From: Bugula neritina
Taxonomy: Eukaryota > Animalia > Bryozoa
DNA length: 64,000 bases
Assembly (NCBI GenBank): GCA_964035545.1
Contig: OZ037766.1
Coordinates: 4,640,722 to 4,704,721, forward strand
Direction of reading: 5' to 3'
The notes beneath the pieces are model-generated. The model was not told the origin of the DNA. It did not search any database and saw nothing but the letters and a program-made list of their open reading frames with translations. Positions 44,897 to 63,871 of the stretch are shown one piece after another (position 1 is the stretch's first letter; the number at the start of each line of letters is the position of its first letter). The position numbers were made by a program, and so were the translations under genes.

Positions 44897-47800
44897 ATGG
44901 GGAAAAAGATTTCAGAGTTGAGAGTTGTTGATTTAAAAGAGATTTTGGAGAAAAGAGGTTTAGAGAAAACTGGCATAAAATCAGTATTAGTTGAACGGCT
45001 GTCTAAGGTATTATATTTTGCGTTATCTGAATTTGATTAAGTTGAGTAGAATTTTTATCTTCAATTTGAAAATGAAATTCATCGTTCATGGTCATTACTC
45101 ATTATTATAGCTTTAGTTTAGGTTGCGATATGAATATGGATATAAATTACTAATTATGAATGTAATCACAAAGTAGTAAATGTCAAAATAATATTAGTAT
45201 TCATTATGATTATTTACTTTCAAGTGAACAACGTATTAATATTATTATTAATAATAAATTAAAATATCTTCTAAAGCCAAGTCCAATGTAAATCTAAAGG
45301 TCAATGGCAATGGAGGTGTTGCAGTTATTCATATTGCTGTCAGCTAAATTTGAGTACTAGTACTACTAATTAATAATGACTGTGAGATTGACTATTCTAC
45401 TCCTAGTACTAGTAGAGTAGTACTACTACTAGTAGTTAATTTTAGCTTTGCTGCAGCTTCATTTACATTGGTTTTACTTTTAGAAAAATTTATTTCAATT
45501 TATTATTATATTAAGCAAATGCAAGGTGTTCATTATAAATATATTTTTAATATTCACTCATTTTAATGATCAAATTTATATCTATATTGCAAGCTAAAGC
45601 TTTGAAGTATGTAGGTTTTTTGTTTTTCCACTAGATTGGTTGCCCATTATAATTTCTAAGTTAGGCTTTTTCCATTTTAAAATCAACATGTAAAACAAAG
45701 CACTTTTTAATACATTCAAGGCCACAGTAGTTTGAAGTTTGGCACAAATCTCAACAATCTAAATATTGCCACATTCCTAGGCAATTTCTTTTTTCCAAGT
45801 GATTATTGAAAAAAAACAGATTGTTAAAATAGTGGTAGTAGTTAGTGTAATTGGTATGACCAACAGTAATCAGAAGTATGTGTGATGATACTCAAGTAAG
45901 TAATGTGAGATGCTGTGCTGATTCTTGCAATAACTAAAGTTTTTGGTAGTAAATCCTTAACATTTCATTTATGCAGTATTCAGTTATATCTTTGCTATCA
46001 TCTACTTACAGTTTGCAAATTTGCTCAATTTTGTTACATAATTAATTTCCTGCATGTGGTGTTTGGATCTAAGACCTGAGCTATACGAAACTACATTAAT
46101 TATTGCTAACTTTCATTGCAAGCTATTCTAAGCCGCTCCAGCACACAGCTTAATTACTGAGCCAGCTGGAGATTAAACTTAGTGTTGCAGCAGCTAAGAA
46201 TAACATACAGTGTTAGTATTAGGTTTATTAGTTTCACAGTTGGTATCAATGCTAGTTCATATGACTCAACTCTGCTAAATTTCAAAGGTTTTTTTATTTG
46301 TCCCATATTTTTCTTTAGGCAGGTTTATCCTTGTAGTAAAAAGGTTAATGATTTTTCATTGCAGGCTTTAGTAGAAGAAGGACATGATCCCAACACTTTC
46401 ACATTAGATGACAACGAAGCTGCAAGTAAGTAGTAGGCAAATGCACTAAATTTTTATTGGCCCATATTTTATTTGTGAAATTTCTTATAAAAAAGATATT
46501 TGGGCAAATTTTATCTAAATTAACTTTCTGCCATGCAGTGTAATATTCTTTGCAATGCAGCGTTCTATATTAGATGATGATTTGTGTTCTATTACAGATG
46601 ATTCACAGTTAAGTGAAACTGGCAACGCAGAGGGTGACACTTTAGTAACTGACGAAGAGCCGCCTCCAGGAATGGATGATCAGGTGAAAGAAGTCCAGGA
46701 GAGAGTTGAGGCTGCAGACAGCAGTTTGGTGGAGTTGGGAGACCCTGAAGAGCCAGAACAGGTGTGTTGATAGAGCTGTCTTCTATACAGGTTTGAAGAT
46801 GTGTGCTACTGCCCCTATTTTGATGCCACTGGTTTTTGCTGTTTGCACGAATTTTAATCACCTGTTTGTTTACAGGTAGTAGAAGAACCTGTGGACTCTG
46901 ACAAACCCGTGGAGAACCCAGCTGCTGATGGTAAGTTGCATCACTGTATTACTGTTGTACTGAGTAGGTGAATGTGTTGTGTAATCATGTGTAGCCTAAA
47001 TAACTCGTTCAAAACTCGTGCTAAAAACACTGGGAAGATCTAAAGAAAGGGAAAGACAAAGGCTCCGCAAGGTTTCAGCAATGTCAAGATAGCATCTTCT
47101 ACAATTGCATTCTAGTTCCACACATCACTACTGTTCACATGCATTGTACATCTACCGCCAATAGCCTGGTCAAGATTGTAATTGTGGTCTTGCTGCACTT
47201 TTTCCCACATATTTCTAATAGTTCTTTTAATTTTGCGATCTTCAAAGCTGAAAGTGGTGTTGTTTCTCAAGAAGATGAGCGTGTTGCCGAAACTGGGGAG
47301 GCTGTGGAACATGAACTCGTAACCAATGACGAAGAGGCAGCTGAACAAACAAGCATTCTTGAGGATGCCGACTCATTTGAACCAATCTCTGATAGTGCTG
47401 CTGCAGAGGCACTTAACGAAGCAGTGGACAACAATTTAGTGAAATCTACAGTTGCAGACGATGAAGTTGAAACTGTCATAGACACGGACCCCAATATGTT
47501 AGACCCTAGCAAAGAAAGTGAAGCTGAAAATGAATTATTAAATACTGCGATGGACAGCGAAGTTGATCAGTTTGTTGTACATGTTGATGAATCTGACACC
47601 AACTTAGACTATGACCTTGGTGATAAAGCTGAAGAGAGAGACGCACCAACTCCAACTAAAGATGAGTCAATGGATGTGGATGCCTCCGATATAGTGCAAT
47701 CAGAAGAACATAGCGCATCTGCAGCCGTTACGGCAACTAGCCAGGCAGAGAAATCTGAAGCGACAAGCTCAACGCCTACTTCAGCTACAAAGAGGTTTGT

Positions 47801-50800
47801 TTCATGCAGTTGCTTGTCTTTCTTCAAAGTTTTTAATACTCATGTGAGATGCTTAGTGTTAGGGTTTTTAAAGCAAGTCGTGGAAAATATGGACGCCTGA
47901 AGACTCCGATGTCCAAGTTGCTTTGACACAAAGACCGGTTGAAAATATGGCAAGCGATAGTGAGCTCCCAAACACTGGTGGAAGGAAAACATGCACATAT
48001 GAAAAAAGGAAATCTCCTGCTTTTTAATATAATTTCGATCTACTGATGTGTGCTCAACACCTGTAAACTGTTGTAACCAACCAAAATCTCATTTTTTCTT
48101 TAAAAAAATAAAATAAATATGAATTGAAATATTGGTTGTATTGTTCTCTATTTTTAGTTTATCCGATGTACGAGTTGATGTGCCAAAAAGAGATTCAAAG
48201 GGTAGGATATTTTCCTTTTGTATATGAAGTTAAATTTTATTATAAGCACTATATGTTGAGAAATATTAACTGCTCCGGAATAACAATTATTGGAGACAAA
48301 ACTATGAACAAATCGGATCAAGTGTTGCAGCTACACTAAACTCAAGTCCCCTAGTAAGCAAGTCTCTTGGCTTATTTTGTGTTACCTGATAATGTTTCAT
48401 TCTTTTAGATTTGGCAGCTTCACAAAATCTTTGGATAAGTAATTTATCATCACTCACTCGTGCTACAGACCTGAAAGCTGTGTTTAGTAAGCATGGCAAG
48501 GTTAGTTCCACAAATATTCATATTAGGTCTATTGGTGTAATTTTGCTATGATGTTTTTCCTACATTGTTAGATTCATAATGATGAAAACAACTTGCTGAT
48601 GCAATCATTTATATACTTGTTGAATGTTAGCATTATGTGGTATAGAGAATACAGCCAATAATGTTACTCCTAGGTTATTGGCGCTAAAGTTGTCACCAAT
48701 GCTAATCGTCCCGGTGCGAAATGTTACGGCTACGTCACCATGTCTAGTCCTGAGGAAGCGGCCAAGTGCATACAAAATCTTCACCGCACAGAGTTGCATG
48801 GCCGCATGATCTCGGTTGAGAAGGCCAAGAGTGACCCAGCAGCGCAGGCAAGGGCTGCCACCATTCGAAAACCTGTTGGCGCTGATGGTAGGTTGAGACT
48901 CCGCCATATTTCAACATTCGACCCCATTATCATAACGGTGTTGTAACAGTGCAATCAACCTGGAACAATAATATAACTGTGTTATTGCATGTGTGTAACT
49001 TTTTAATTCATTATACATAAAGTCTCTGCTACTTCTATCAACCTCTTCATGCATGTTCCGGATACTTGCTAGTTTTGTGAGTGAATGTTTGCTTGTTTAC
49101 AACAGACAAGAAGAAAGAAGATACAACTGCTGCATCAGCACCCAAAGATGAGACAACTTCTGTTGATCATAAAGATGGTTAGTATGTCTAAGTCTCAACT
49201 GCTCGCTTGAGCATGTTCTCGTCCTGTGTAGTCATGTGTCTTTACTTTTGGCTATCTATGTGTCATTCTCACTAGACATTCTACTCCTAAAACTTTGAAT
49301 CTGCTATGGAAAAATATCATCGTCTAAAATGTTGGTGTATTGAGCTTAGTTTATTGTATTGCTTGTAGATGCTGGTGCCACAGATGAGGTTAATGGGCCA
49401 ACTTCTACTGATGGTATGTGTTCATTGGGCTACCTATAAAGTGTGTCACCTTTTGTGTGCCCTGCTCAATGATGTTTTTTACCTACATTGTTTGAAATTA
49501 TATGAGACCAACCCATGTTTCTGAGAGTGGCACTTGTATTTCCACATAGAATCATAGTTTGCTTGGTTGCAATCACGCTAGCACTTGATGTTGGGTTTTA
49601 GATAAAACCAGAGTTTCTGACCGCCTCCGTCCTGTAAGACCTCCCATCACAGGACCTGGTAGGAAGGAGGGTGAGTCAGAAGTTAGAGATGGAAGTCAAA
49701 AGCCAGTAGATAAACCTAGAAAGTCAACACCAGAACGAAAGGTTTGTATGTTGCTCATTTATGTGTACTCTGTCATGTTGCAGCTATTCCATCTTAGTCA
49801 ATTAGTGGCTCTAAGGACATTAATTTATTACCAAAAATGCGTTGATAAATTTGATTGGTTGAAAATGCGTGCCCCGATTGTGCGTGTAAAGATTTGTATG
49901 TTTTCTTATCGTGTCGCATTTTTTTTAGGCTGAAGAAGCTTTGGACCGCGAAAAGCGACGGTTGAAGTTGCAAGAAAGACGAGCGCGAGATGACGACTAC
50001 AGACGGCGTACTGCACTGTTGAAAGAGAAAAGAATGTTGGCAGATCAACAGAGAAATCTGAGAATGGAGGAAACTCGTATGGCAAGAGAACGTGAAAAGT
50101 TGAGGTGCGAATTTATCATGTATTTGCATCCTAATACTGCCTTTGTGTGACACTCCTGAATATGATGATGAATAGTTCTAACTGCTGTTTGAGAGACATG
50201 AAACCATTGTAACCGCTGAGAGGAGTTTTAAAGCTATAAAGCTATTTGCAAATTAAGTGTTGATTGTGAGTGTAAGCTAGTTGGCTTTTGTAGGCTCGAT
50301 CGAGAGAAATGCAAGATTGAAGAGCTGAAGCTGGAAGGCCTGCATCAAGAGCGAACTAGGCTAGAAAATTTACTTGATGACTTGAGACAGAGAGTAGACC
50401 GTGAGCGTGAGGAGCTAAAACGTGTGGAGACGCTGAGGTAACTAGACTCTTGGTCAAAGCACCCGGACCTGTCGGGTGGCTCTAGTTGTCTTCCTGTTGA
50501 AAGATGTTAGTGCAGCCTTTTGGTGATCCAACAAGTATTCTGTTTTATTCAAGTAGTTTACCTTCAAATTGTTGTGTGCTTTTAGACTGGAAGAGATGAG
50601 GAGATCTTCCTCCTTGAAAAGACCTTATGAGGGTTCCGGTGGTAGAAGTTCTGGTGGCAGTGGCCGATATGATGATGGGTGGGAAAGCAAGCGTCCCGCT
50701 ACTAACGAAAGGTAACGTTGTACACTTATTACTTGGCTGGTCATTTCTCTACAAGGCGCTGGCTGTGATGTTCTTTATTCTACAAAGTTCACTGAGTGTA

Positions 50801-51707
50801 ATAATGAAAGATACATTTCTACTGAGCGGGCCTTATTCTGCAGAGGCTGTAACTGTATTTCAAGTTTAGGTCTCAACCTTTGAGTGTGTCGTGTGCAGGT
50901 ACACAGCTGGCTCCGTGGACAGAAGAGGGGCAACTAATGTGAGCTCCGGTGACCGTGGATATGGCGACAGACGCCCAGCTCACGAGATGGACAGGAGAAC
51001 TGTCAGTGTAAAGGACGCGATGGTGCCACGTGGTGGCCGTTCTGATGACCGTTATGTTGGCAGGTATGTGATGCTATCCGCTCAACTCACTTATTACTGG
51101 TTGTCTGCTAGTCACTGCCTGTGTAATTTGTTGATACAAACTGTTACAGGGGAAGTGGTGGGAGTGGAGACAGGCGAGATTATGTTCAAGCCGACACTCG
51201 TAATAGAGACCCGTCCAGGTCAGACTGGAAACAGCCTCAAGATTCACGTGGTTAGTGTCTCGCATCTACTCACTCTACCTCACAAGATATTTCATTTGAT
51301 TTGCAATTTGTGTTCTTATATCTTATCTCTCTGTTGCTTTTTCGTAGGACCAAGCCGAGACTATCATGAAAGCTCTTCGCGTCGTGGTGCAAACAATGTA
51401 GGCTGGGGTGGAGGCGGCGCCTCGTCTGGCCCTCCCAGTCTTCTTGGAGCTGCCGGAGGGGAACTCTTCTCTGGTTCTGCTGCCGCTCAAGCTGCTGGTA
51501 TGATGATGACTGCGGCCATGAGCAGAGGCTCCACCACCAATGGTAATGGTGGCAGGTCAGTAATTGCTGCTGTGTCCAGCTCTACAGTTATCCTTTCAGT
51601 TTTTCCCATGTATCATTATTTTCAAAGTAGTAAATATACTACTTTGTAATTGCAGGTATGCAGGTGGTGGCTCTGGTGGAAGTTATGGCAGTGCTAGAAG
51701 ATATTAG
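44897..51707 (+). CDS. SAFB: Scaffold attachment factor B / SLTM family protein
   Basis: SAP exon 44897-45007 ([31 protein letters not shown]); acidic exons 46365-47794; RRM exons 48409-48500 and 48674-48887 ([39 protein letters not shown]); E/R coiled coil 49929-50711; G/R-rich tail ending RRY* at 51707. Confidence 0.94.
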
Positions 51708-52530
51708 TGTGTGTTTGTCTAATTAAAATAGTTTATTGCTGCCGTGTTCTCACCCAAGACTGTACATACTCAAGACCCTCACCGATATTTTTCTCTTTTT
51801 TTTCCAAAGCCATTATCTCCATTGATGTACATTTTTGCTTTTTTCTTTTTCCTCGTCAGTATAAGCAATTGTAAATATTATTTAATTATATTTCTGCATC
51901 CTAAATATACAATCTATACATCCTTCAATACTGTATATTTTGTTGATGATACAAAATGTAATTGAATATGAAATTGTAACAATAGAAACACCTGCAAGTG
52001 ATTCCAAATCATGCTTTCTTAGCATTTTTAAAATCAATATGTTTGCGCCTGCAAACGGCTAAAATAATATAAATATTTTAACGCTCCATTAATGAAGTTT
52101 GTATGCACTCTTGCAGAATAGTTATAAACAATATTAATGTTATAATACAGTGAATAAAGTTAAAAACCTGTAGTAAGGACAACATCGCAATGGTTAATTG
52201 CGAATTCCTCAGTAATAACGTGATAATAATTTGCATGTTAAAGGTATATAGGGTCTTGAAACAATAGGTGTGACAGGAAAAAATTAATGCAACTTCAAGC
52301 ATCTTTAGCATAAAAATATTCAATTGCAGTGTCGGCAAAATATTTTCAAATATAACAATATGGGTGTCAGCGTATGATGGCTTTGTGTAAAGTATTGTGT
52401 TTTTTGCAAGAAATTGCGATGTTGCTTGCTTCTGTCGAGTTGTCCTACCTTTGCGTGACACTGCGCGCAGTACACAACTATTTACACCTCGCGAAGAGGC
52501 GTTTTTAGCGCATTACCGGCTACTATGTTT

Positions 52531-52670
52531 GTAAACAAATAATTCACCAATAATATGCAATCATGGAGCTTAGTTATCACGTGACAAAAGTTACTTTGCT
52601 TTTATTCCGCTGTGAACTTCGGGTAATGTAGCCATGTTGTTGTCGAAAAGCGTGACCTCGATGTAAACAA
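52531..52670 (+). promoter_or_regulatory. FoxK upstream region: two forkhead sites, a TCACGTGAC E-box and a short uORF
   Basis: GTAAACA at 52531-52537 and 52663-52669; TCACGTGAC 52577-52585; ATG..TAA uORF 52634-52666. Confidence 0.55.
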
Positions 52671-52742
52671 ATCACCGTGGAAGTAGTTTTGCGGCCCATT
52701 CATTTTTTGAAAAATAAAAATAGTGATTTCTGTACAGCAGCC

Positions 52743-58187
<5,445 letters not shown>

Positions 58188-59777
58188 ACGTGCTGTTGAA
58201 TTTGCCTACGTTGCTTGTACATTGTTACTGTATTTTGTATGGTGTGCTATTTCACTAGTACACTTTACCTTTTTTTTCTATTACTATGACATGTGATGGA
58301 GCCTCTTTAATTCTAGTTATTATATTTCCTGTTGTTACTGCTCTTTTTGCAGTCTTTTGGTTAAATCTATCAAGTAGTGTGTAGGTAAAACAAGTTCTTA
58401 TTTTCTAACTGGTAGTGAACTTAGTGGCTGTTAACTTTCAATAGCAAATTGTAGAGTTTTTGTATTGCATAATCTTTTTACAGTTCAGATTGCAATTTTA
58501 GTTTTATAGTACCATGGTTTTATTGAGGTACAAGATATAGTAGATATGGTAGGGCAATTGTGGTAATTTCCTAATCTAAGTATTTGTGATGGTGGTACAG
58601 CCACTAAAGAGTGCAGTGTGTACTTGGTATATTTAAGGGCATCTATTTGCTAGTCTATGCACTTGCTAGTCATGACTGATCAGCTAGCTGCCGTCACTTG
58701 TAAATATATGAAAATGACCTACTGTGTATTTTGTATTACTGTTAGCTTACCATGTACTTCACACTTTATATTACATATTTTTCTAATTGTAAATAATTTA
58801 GAGTAATTGACTTGTAAAGTTTGATATCAAATAAATTTAGTCTTCACAATTTTGACTTCAAAATTCTCTATACACGTTTCTATTTTGAATAAATTAATAG
58901 CAAATACAAGCTCTGTCATGACAGGGAATCTAATTATTTCTAACCACACAGTTGGATTATTTGTTGATAATTTTTATATTGGAGAAACCTATCACATGGT
59001 CTTTACTCAGTTTTAATGTTACTAGCTTGGCAGTTAGTAATATATACCTGGTGCTTATATTACAGTAAGACCGCCACCGGAATAGGAAATGGCGGAGAAA
59101 GGTGAGAAACTTATATTAGAGTAAGTCATCTACAGTATTGCATTATTGTATTGTATGCCTTTCATTAAATTTCTACTAAATGTGCAATATCTTATAAAAA
59201 AATACAATAAAGTAGATTGAAGCGTGAAGCATAGCAGCAATAAAATGTTTTGTGTGCCATACATCTTAATAATATTACAATAATATAGTGCTTCTTACAT
59301 TAGTAATGCAGTTTGCTGGAGAATTTGCATTTCATTGAGAAAAATATCAAGTGCAGCCAATTTGAGAGTTGTCTGCCCACTAGTCATAGATTGATGGTCA
59401 TTGAATAAATATTTACATTTAAAACTTTTGCTATTGATAACAATTTGCAAAAATAAATATGTATAAATATATTAAGAAATGTATGATAAAAAATATAGTG
59501 ATATTGAAGAAAATTTGTTTACTAAATGGTATTTTGTTGAAAGCTTTAACGCTTGTGTTAGGTGAGTCATATCAAAAGTTTCAAAAGTGTAGGAAACTAT
59601 GGATACAACTGCTAGACAAGAGCTTACTAGTGTTTCATATTTGTTGAAAGTGTTTGTTAAAGTGTTGGATTGTTAGATTTCAATGATTAACAAATATCAA
59701 CAAATCTCATAGCAAACAAACACAGTAGGCCTGTATATAAATTGTTGTTGATTTCAAGTTTACATTGAATAAAACAG

Positions 59778-62700
59778 CGGTGAGACGGGCAGTGGAAAGA
59801 CGAGGACATTCATGGAGCTACTCAGACATCTGTATGACCAGGCGGGTGGAGGACAAGAAACTGACACTTTCAAGGTTATATCGGCAGCAGTTACTGCCCT
59901 TCGACACAACAGCCACGATAGCCAATCAAGAGTACAGTCGTTCTGTAAGTTATGAGTCATTATTTTGATTCTTTACCAACTTTTTTTTATGAAAATTGCT
60001 CTATTTTTGGAAACTTTTAATGTTTTGTTGAATCGTTCAACTGTAGATCATCAAAGTTATTTAATTACTAAGCTTTTTTTAAACTTGTCTAAAAGTTTTA
60101 TGTATATTTTGATTTTAATGTAGAGAATCGTTGTTTCAATATAATAAATTAAAGATTATAAGATACTATATTGTGATTTAAATACAAATTGTCGATGACA
60201 GTTAACACCGTGTTTTTTTTAAAATGGTGAAAAATGTATAGCAGCTAACCATGTACCAAAAAATTAAGATTATGCAACGTTTTTCCTATTAAAGTTACCT
60301 TTAGATCTTACAACAAGCCTGAGAGCATAACTCTCAAAGCTTTACTCACACTTCTCAACTTTCCACGTCTGCATTCTTGTCTGACAGTTTTATGATCAAC
60401 ATTCAAAAGTTGTTAGGACAGACTGTGACTGAATATTTACAGTAGAGAGTTATTTTAAACAAAGAAAAAGTTGTTAAGAATCTTGAGTGTATTGCAGATT
60501 TGTAGACCACTGAGCAATCTAAATAATAATTTCTAAACGCTAAAGTATTGTCACCTTTTTCTTGTATATCCAAAAACATTTTCAATTTTTTTTCTGGCGC
60601 AGTAACCAACATTTGAAAGTTTTATTTTATGGAACTTTTGCTTAATCTTTCTTAATGCTCTTTTCTAGAATTTCATAATCTATAATCTAAAACCATATAT
60701 ATAGAATCCAGAATTCTATATAATATATAGTATCTATAATTCTATATATAGATAATCTAGAATTCTATATAATGTAATATACTTATTTATATGAATATAA
60801 AGCTCACGCCTCCAACTTTACTTTCAGTGTTGGTCTGTAGAGTGTGCTGTATCTAACAGAGCTATTGCATCTGCACATCTTACTCTGCATAGCCTTAGTT
60901 ACAACCGGCTCACTGGGCGTCCTACAGTGGAACGGTGCTACGACGTGTTTTACATGATCTTAGCTGGAATGTCAGAAGAAGAAAAAGGTAAATTATAAAC
61001 CGTGTATGCTGAACTAGCCAAAACTTTATGTTTGTATGAGTTTTCAGGAGAAAATATTCATAAACTGAAAACAATTTGTGTTATTAGTGAAGTACCACCT
61101 TTCTGGTCAGAGTACAGAGTCCCTTGCCTATCTCAGCAGTCTAGATGTACTCAGGAAGTCCACCAGTAGCCGCAGGTACAGAGAGAAGTATACACTGTGG
61201 AAGGTTAGTTGATTACTAAAATAGAGTTCAAGAAACTCCTTGTTTAAAATTTAGACTTAGAGACATTCGAGTATTTGTTGAGAAACAATATTCAATGAAA
61301 TGAATTATACATGTTTTACTATGTTTGTAATATAGCATTTATTTTATTTTTTAAAATTTCGTTTTTCAACTGATAAGTATTTTGAAATAGCTTCAATTGA
61401 AAGCATTTTTGACAACTCATTCTTATACTTTGCAATACTCTTATTCTACTAAACAAATTATCAAGTTACGGTCACAAATGCTCCTGCAATGAAACATGGA
61501 ACTTAATTCTTTTCTTATATGAATTAAAATGTTGAGTAATTTTCAAAGCATGTCAATTCAAATACAGTCCAAACTATGTCTACAACTAAGTGTATACAAA
61601 CTGTTTTGCTTCCACTTCAAATAAACAAGCAACTTTGTTATTACTACTGGAAAGATATTTTCACTCAATAAAACAGTATTGGAGACAATAAGACAAACAC
61701 CCCATCTGCTATAATTGCAGGAAGCTCTGGCTATGCTAGGGATTCAGCATACTGAGATCTTGGAAGTCTTTTCTGCTATACTCCTTCTGGGCAACATTGT
61801 TTTTGTACAAGGTAAGACAATCCCCACTTTTTATTCAATGTCTTCATTACAGTAGAAAGTGAACATAGATTCAGAGAAACTAAAAGGTGGCAGTGGCTAG
61901 CAGTTACCAGGGTTATTAAGAAATATTGGAAGAAAGCATGTATTTTAAGTAAATATATTATATTATATATATTATATTCCAGTACATAATATATTATATA
62001 ATATTATACAATATAAATACAGTATGCTGTACCATTATACTGCTGTTTACAGGAGAAGAAATATAATATGATACATGATATATAATATTATATTATAATT
62101 ACAATATTATGTTGTTCTGCTGTTTACAGGAGAAGAGCAAGAATTGGCTATAACAGGAAACTCTCCACTGCATTCTGCAGCAAAATTGCTCAAAATTCCT
62201 GCAGATAAACTCTTGCGTTGCCTCACAACTCAACTGGTGCCTGTACGTGGGAAATCTGCACTTTTCACCAATACAATCCAGCAAGTAAGTATAGCTCTGC
62301 TAACTATATCATTATTTTATTCTACAGATTACATGGCAATTAGTATATATTACGTCCTTATTAGACTGCTTTGCTGATAGTTCTGTTTATCATTATTGTT
62401 GGATGGAAATTGAAGACTAATAGAATTTTTAAATGACTTTTATAAATATTTTGAGAATCATGATGAATACGTAAATGAAATTTCTACTGAGGTACCACAA
62501 TCTTTGTAGAGATTCATGTTTCAAGCCAACACATGTTTTTAAAAATTCATAACATTATAGTTGCTCTCAGAAGGGGCCACGTAGGAGGGATATGACAATG
62601 TGATACAATGTAGCTATTCAGAAGTAGTCTGCTGCAATAGTGTAGACTGATCCTGTCCCATTTCTAATTTAGGCCAACACTCGGAGAAACACTTTAGCTC

Positions 62701-63871
62701 AAAGTTTATATGGAAGGTTATTCCAATACCTTGTAAATAAAATCAACCAATCAACTGAGTCGAGGGCAGTGCACCCCAGGGCCTCCCTTCAAAGTGGCAA
62801 TCATTACAGTGGCAGTTCAGTTACTAATACAGTGAATGTTATTGACTGCATCGGCTTTCAAAATGTGCAGGTTTGTAGCTACATCAATTGTTCACGTTAT
62901 ATTTCCAGTTTTTATAATTATTGTATGTCATGTTATTGCATCAGTTATTATAATAAATAACCATAAGAATGTTTACAACATACTGTTGAAAATATACTTC
63001 TATATTAAGTTCTAACCTTAATTATTAATACAGTGCTTAGCAAAAAAAGCTAACTTTCTAAATTAGTCTATCTTTTTTGTAGATTGGAAATTGACAAGTC
63101 CGGAAATCAGTTCACGGTCCATCACTTTGGAGGGAAAATTACTTACAATTGTCAAATACTTTTACTAGAAGATAAGAACTCAATGCCTGATGAAATGGTG
63201 GCTTTATTCGGGAGGAGGGGCGTGACTTCCTCATTGCTCTCTAAACTGTATAGTAGAGAGCTCAAAGATCTAGAAGGTGCTTGTCAGTTTTTAAGGATTT
63301 ACACACTTGATATTACTTAGACACTACTTGATATAACTTAAACAATACTTGATATTACTTAAGCACTACTTAATATAACTTACACACCACTGAATATTAC
63401 TTAAAAACTACTTAATATTACTTAAACACTACTTAATATTACTGCTAAATGATCTAGTCATGTTAATTCTTAGTTTCAAACAAATTTATTATGCAATTTG
63501 TGTTGGCATCAAGTATGATTGCATTTTGTTTTGATTAAATTTACAGATTTCTACCTTGTAAAATCTGCTACATGCTATCGTCTTTATCTTCTGCTACAAC
63601 TATTGCGCTATAAGCATGTCTGCTTTGTAGCGCCCATTTTTGATGCATTTTTCTAGAGTTTTAGAATTAATTACAAAATACATCTATTTTATGATATATT
63701 TTTTCAGCAAACGGAGGAAAGGCGAAAGGTTACAGTTACTGCGCTGTGCCGTGCCCCTCTATTGGCTACAACATGCAGCCTGGTTGTTATGGTCAGGATT
63801 TCCTCTACAGTCTGGACTGCCTGATGCAGACATTAGCTTTCTTCAACACCACATTTGTCAGGTGTATCAAG
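59778..63871 (+). pseudogene. Dachs/myosin-XX-like unconventional myosin motor, apparently disrupted; continues beyond the window
   Basis: Exons 59778-59944 (GETGSGKT; AGGGQETDTFK), 60828-60987 (VFYMILAG), 61088-61203, 61721-61811 (AILLLGNI), 62130-62284, 62673-62870 (LAQSLYGRLF; DCIGFQ), 63083-63276 (FTVHHFGG), 63708-63871 (QDF..FVRCIK). Frameshift near 59905, and a phase mismatch with the relay helix missing at 62870-63083. Confidence 0.72.
63302..63442. repeat. ~20-bp tandem repeat (acactacttgatattactta)n
   Basis: About 7 degenerate copies just after a myosin exon donor. Confidence 0.85.

Noticed and set aside
63708-63871. Suspected third frameshift in the myosin exon
   Set aside because: A recount shows the 164-nt exon reads through in one frame to FVRCIK.
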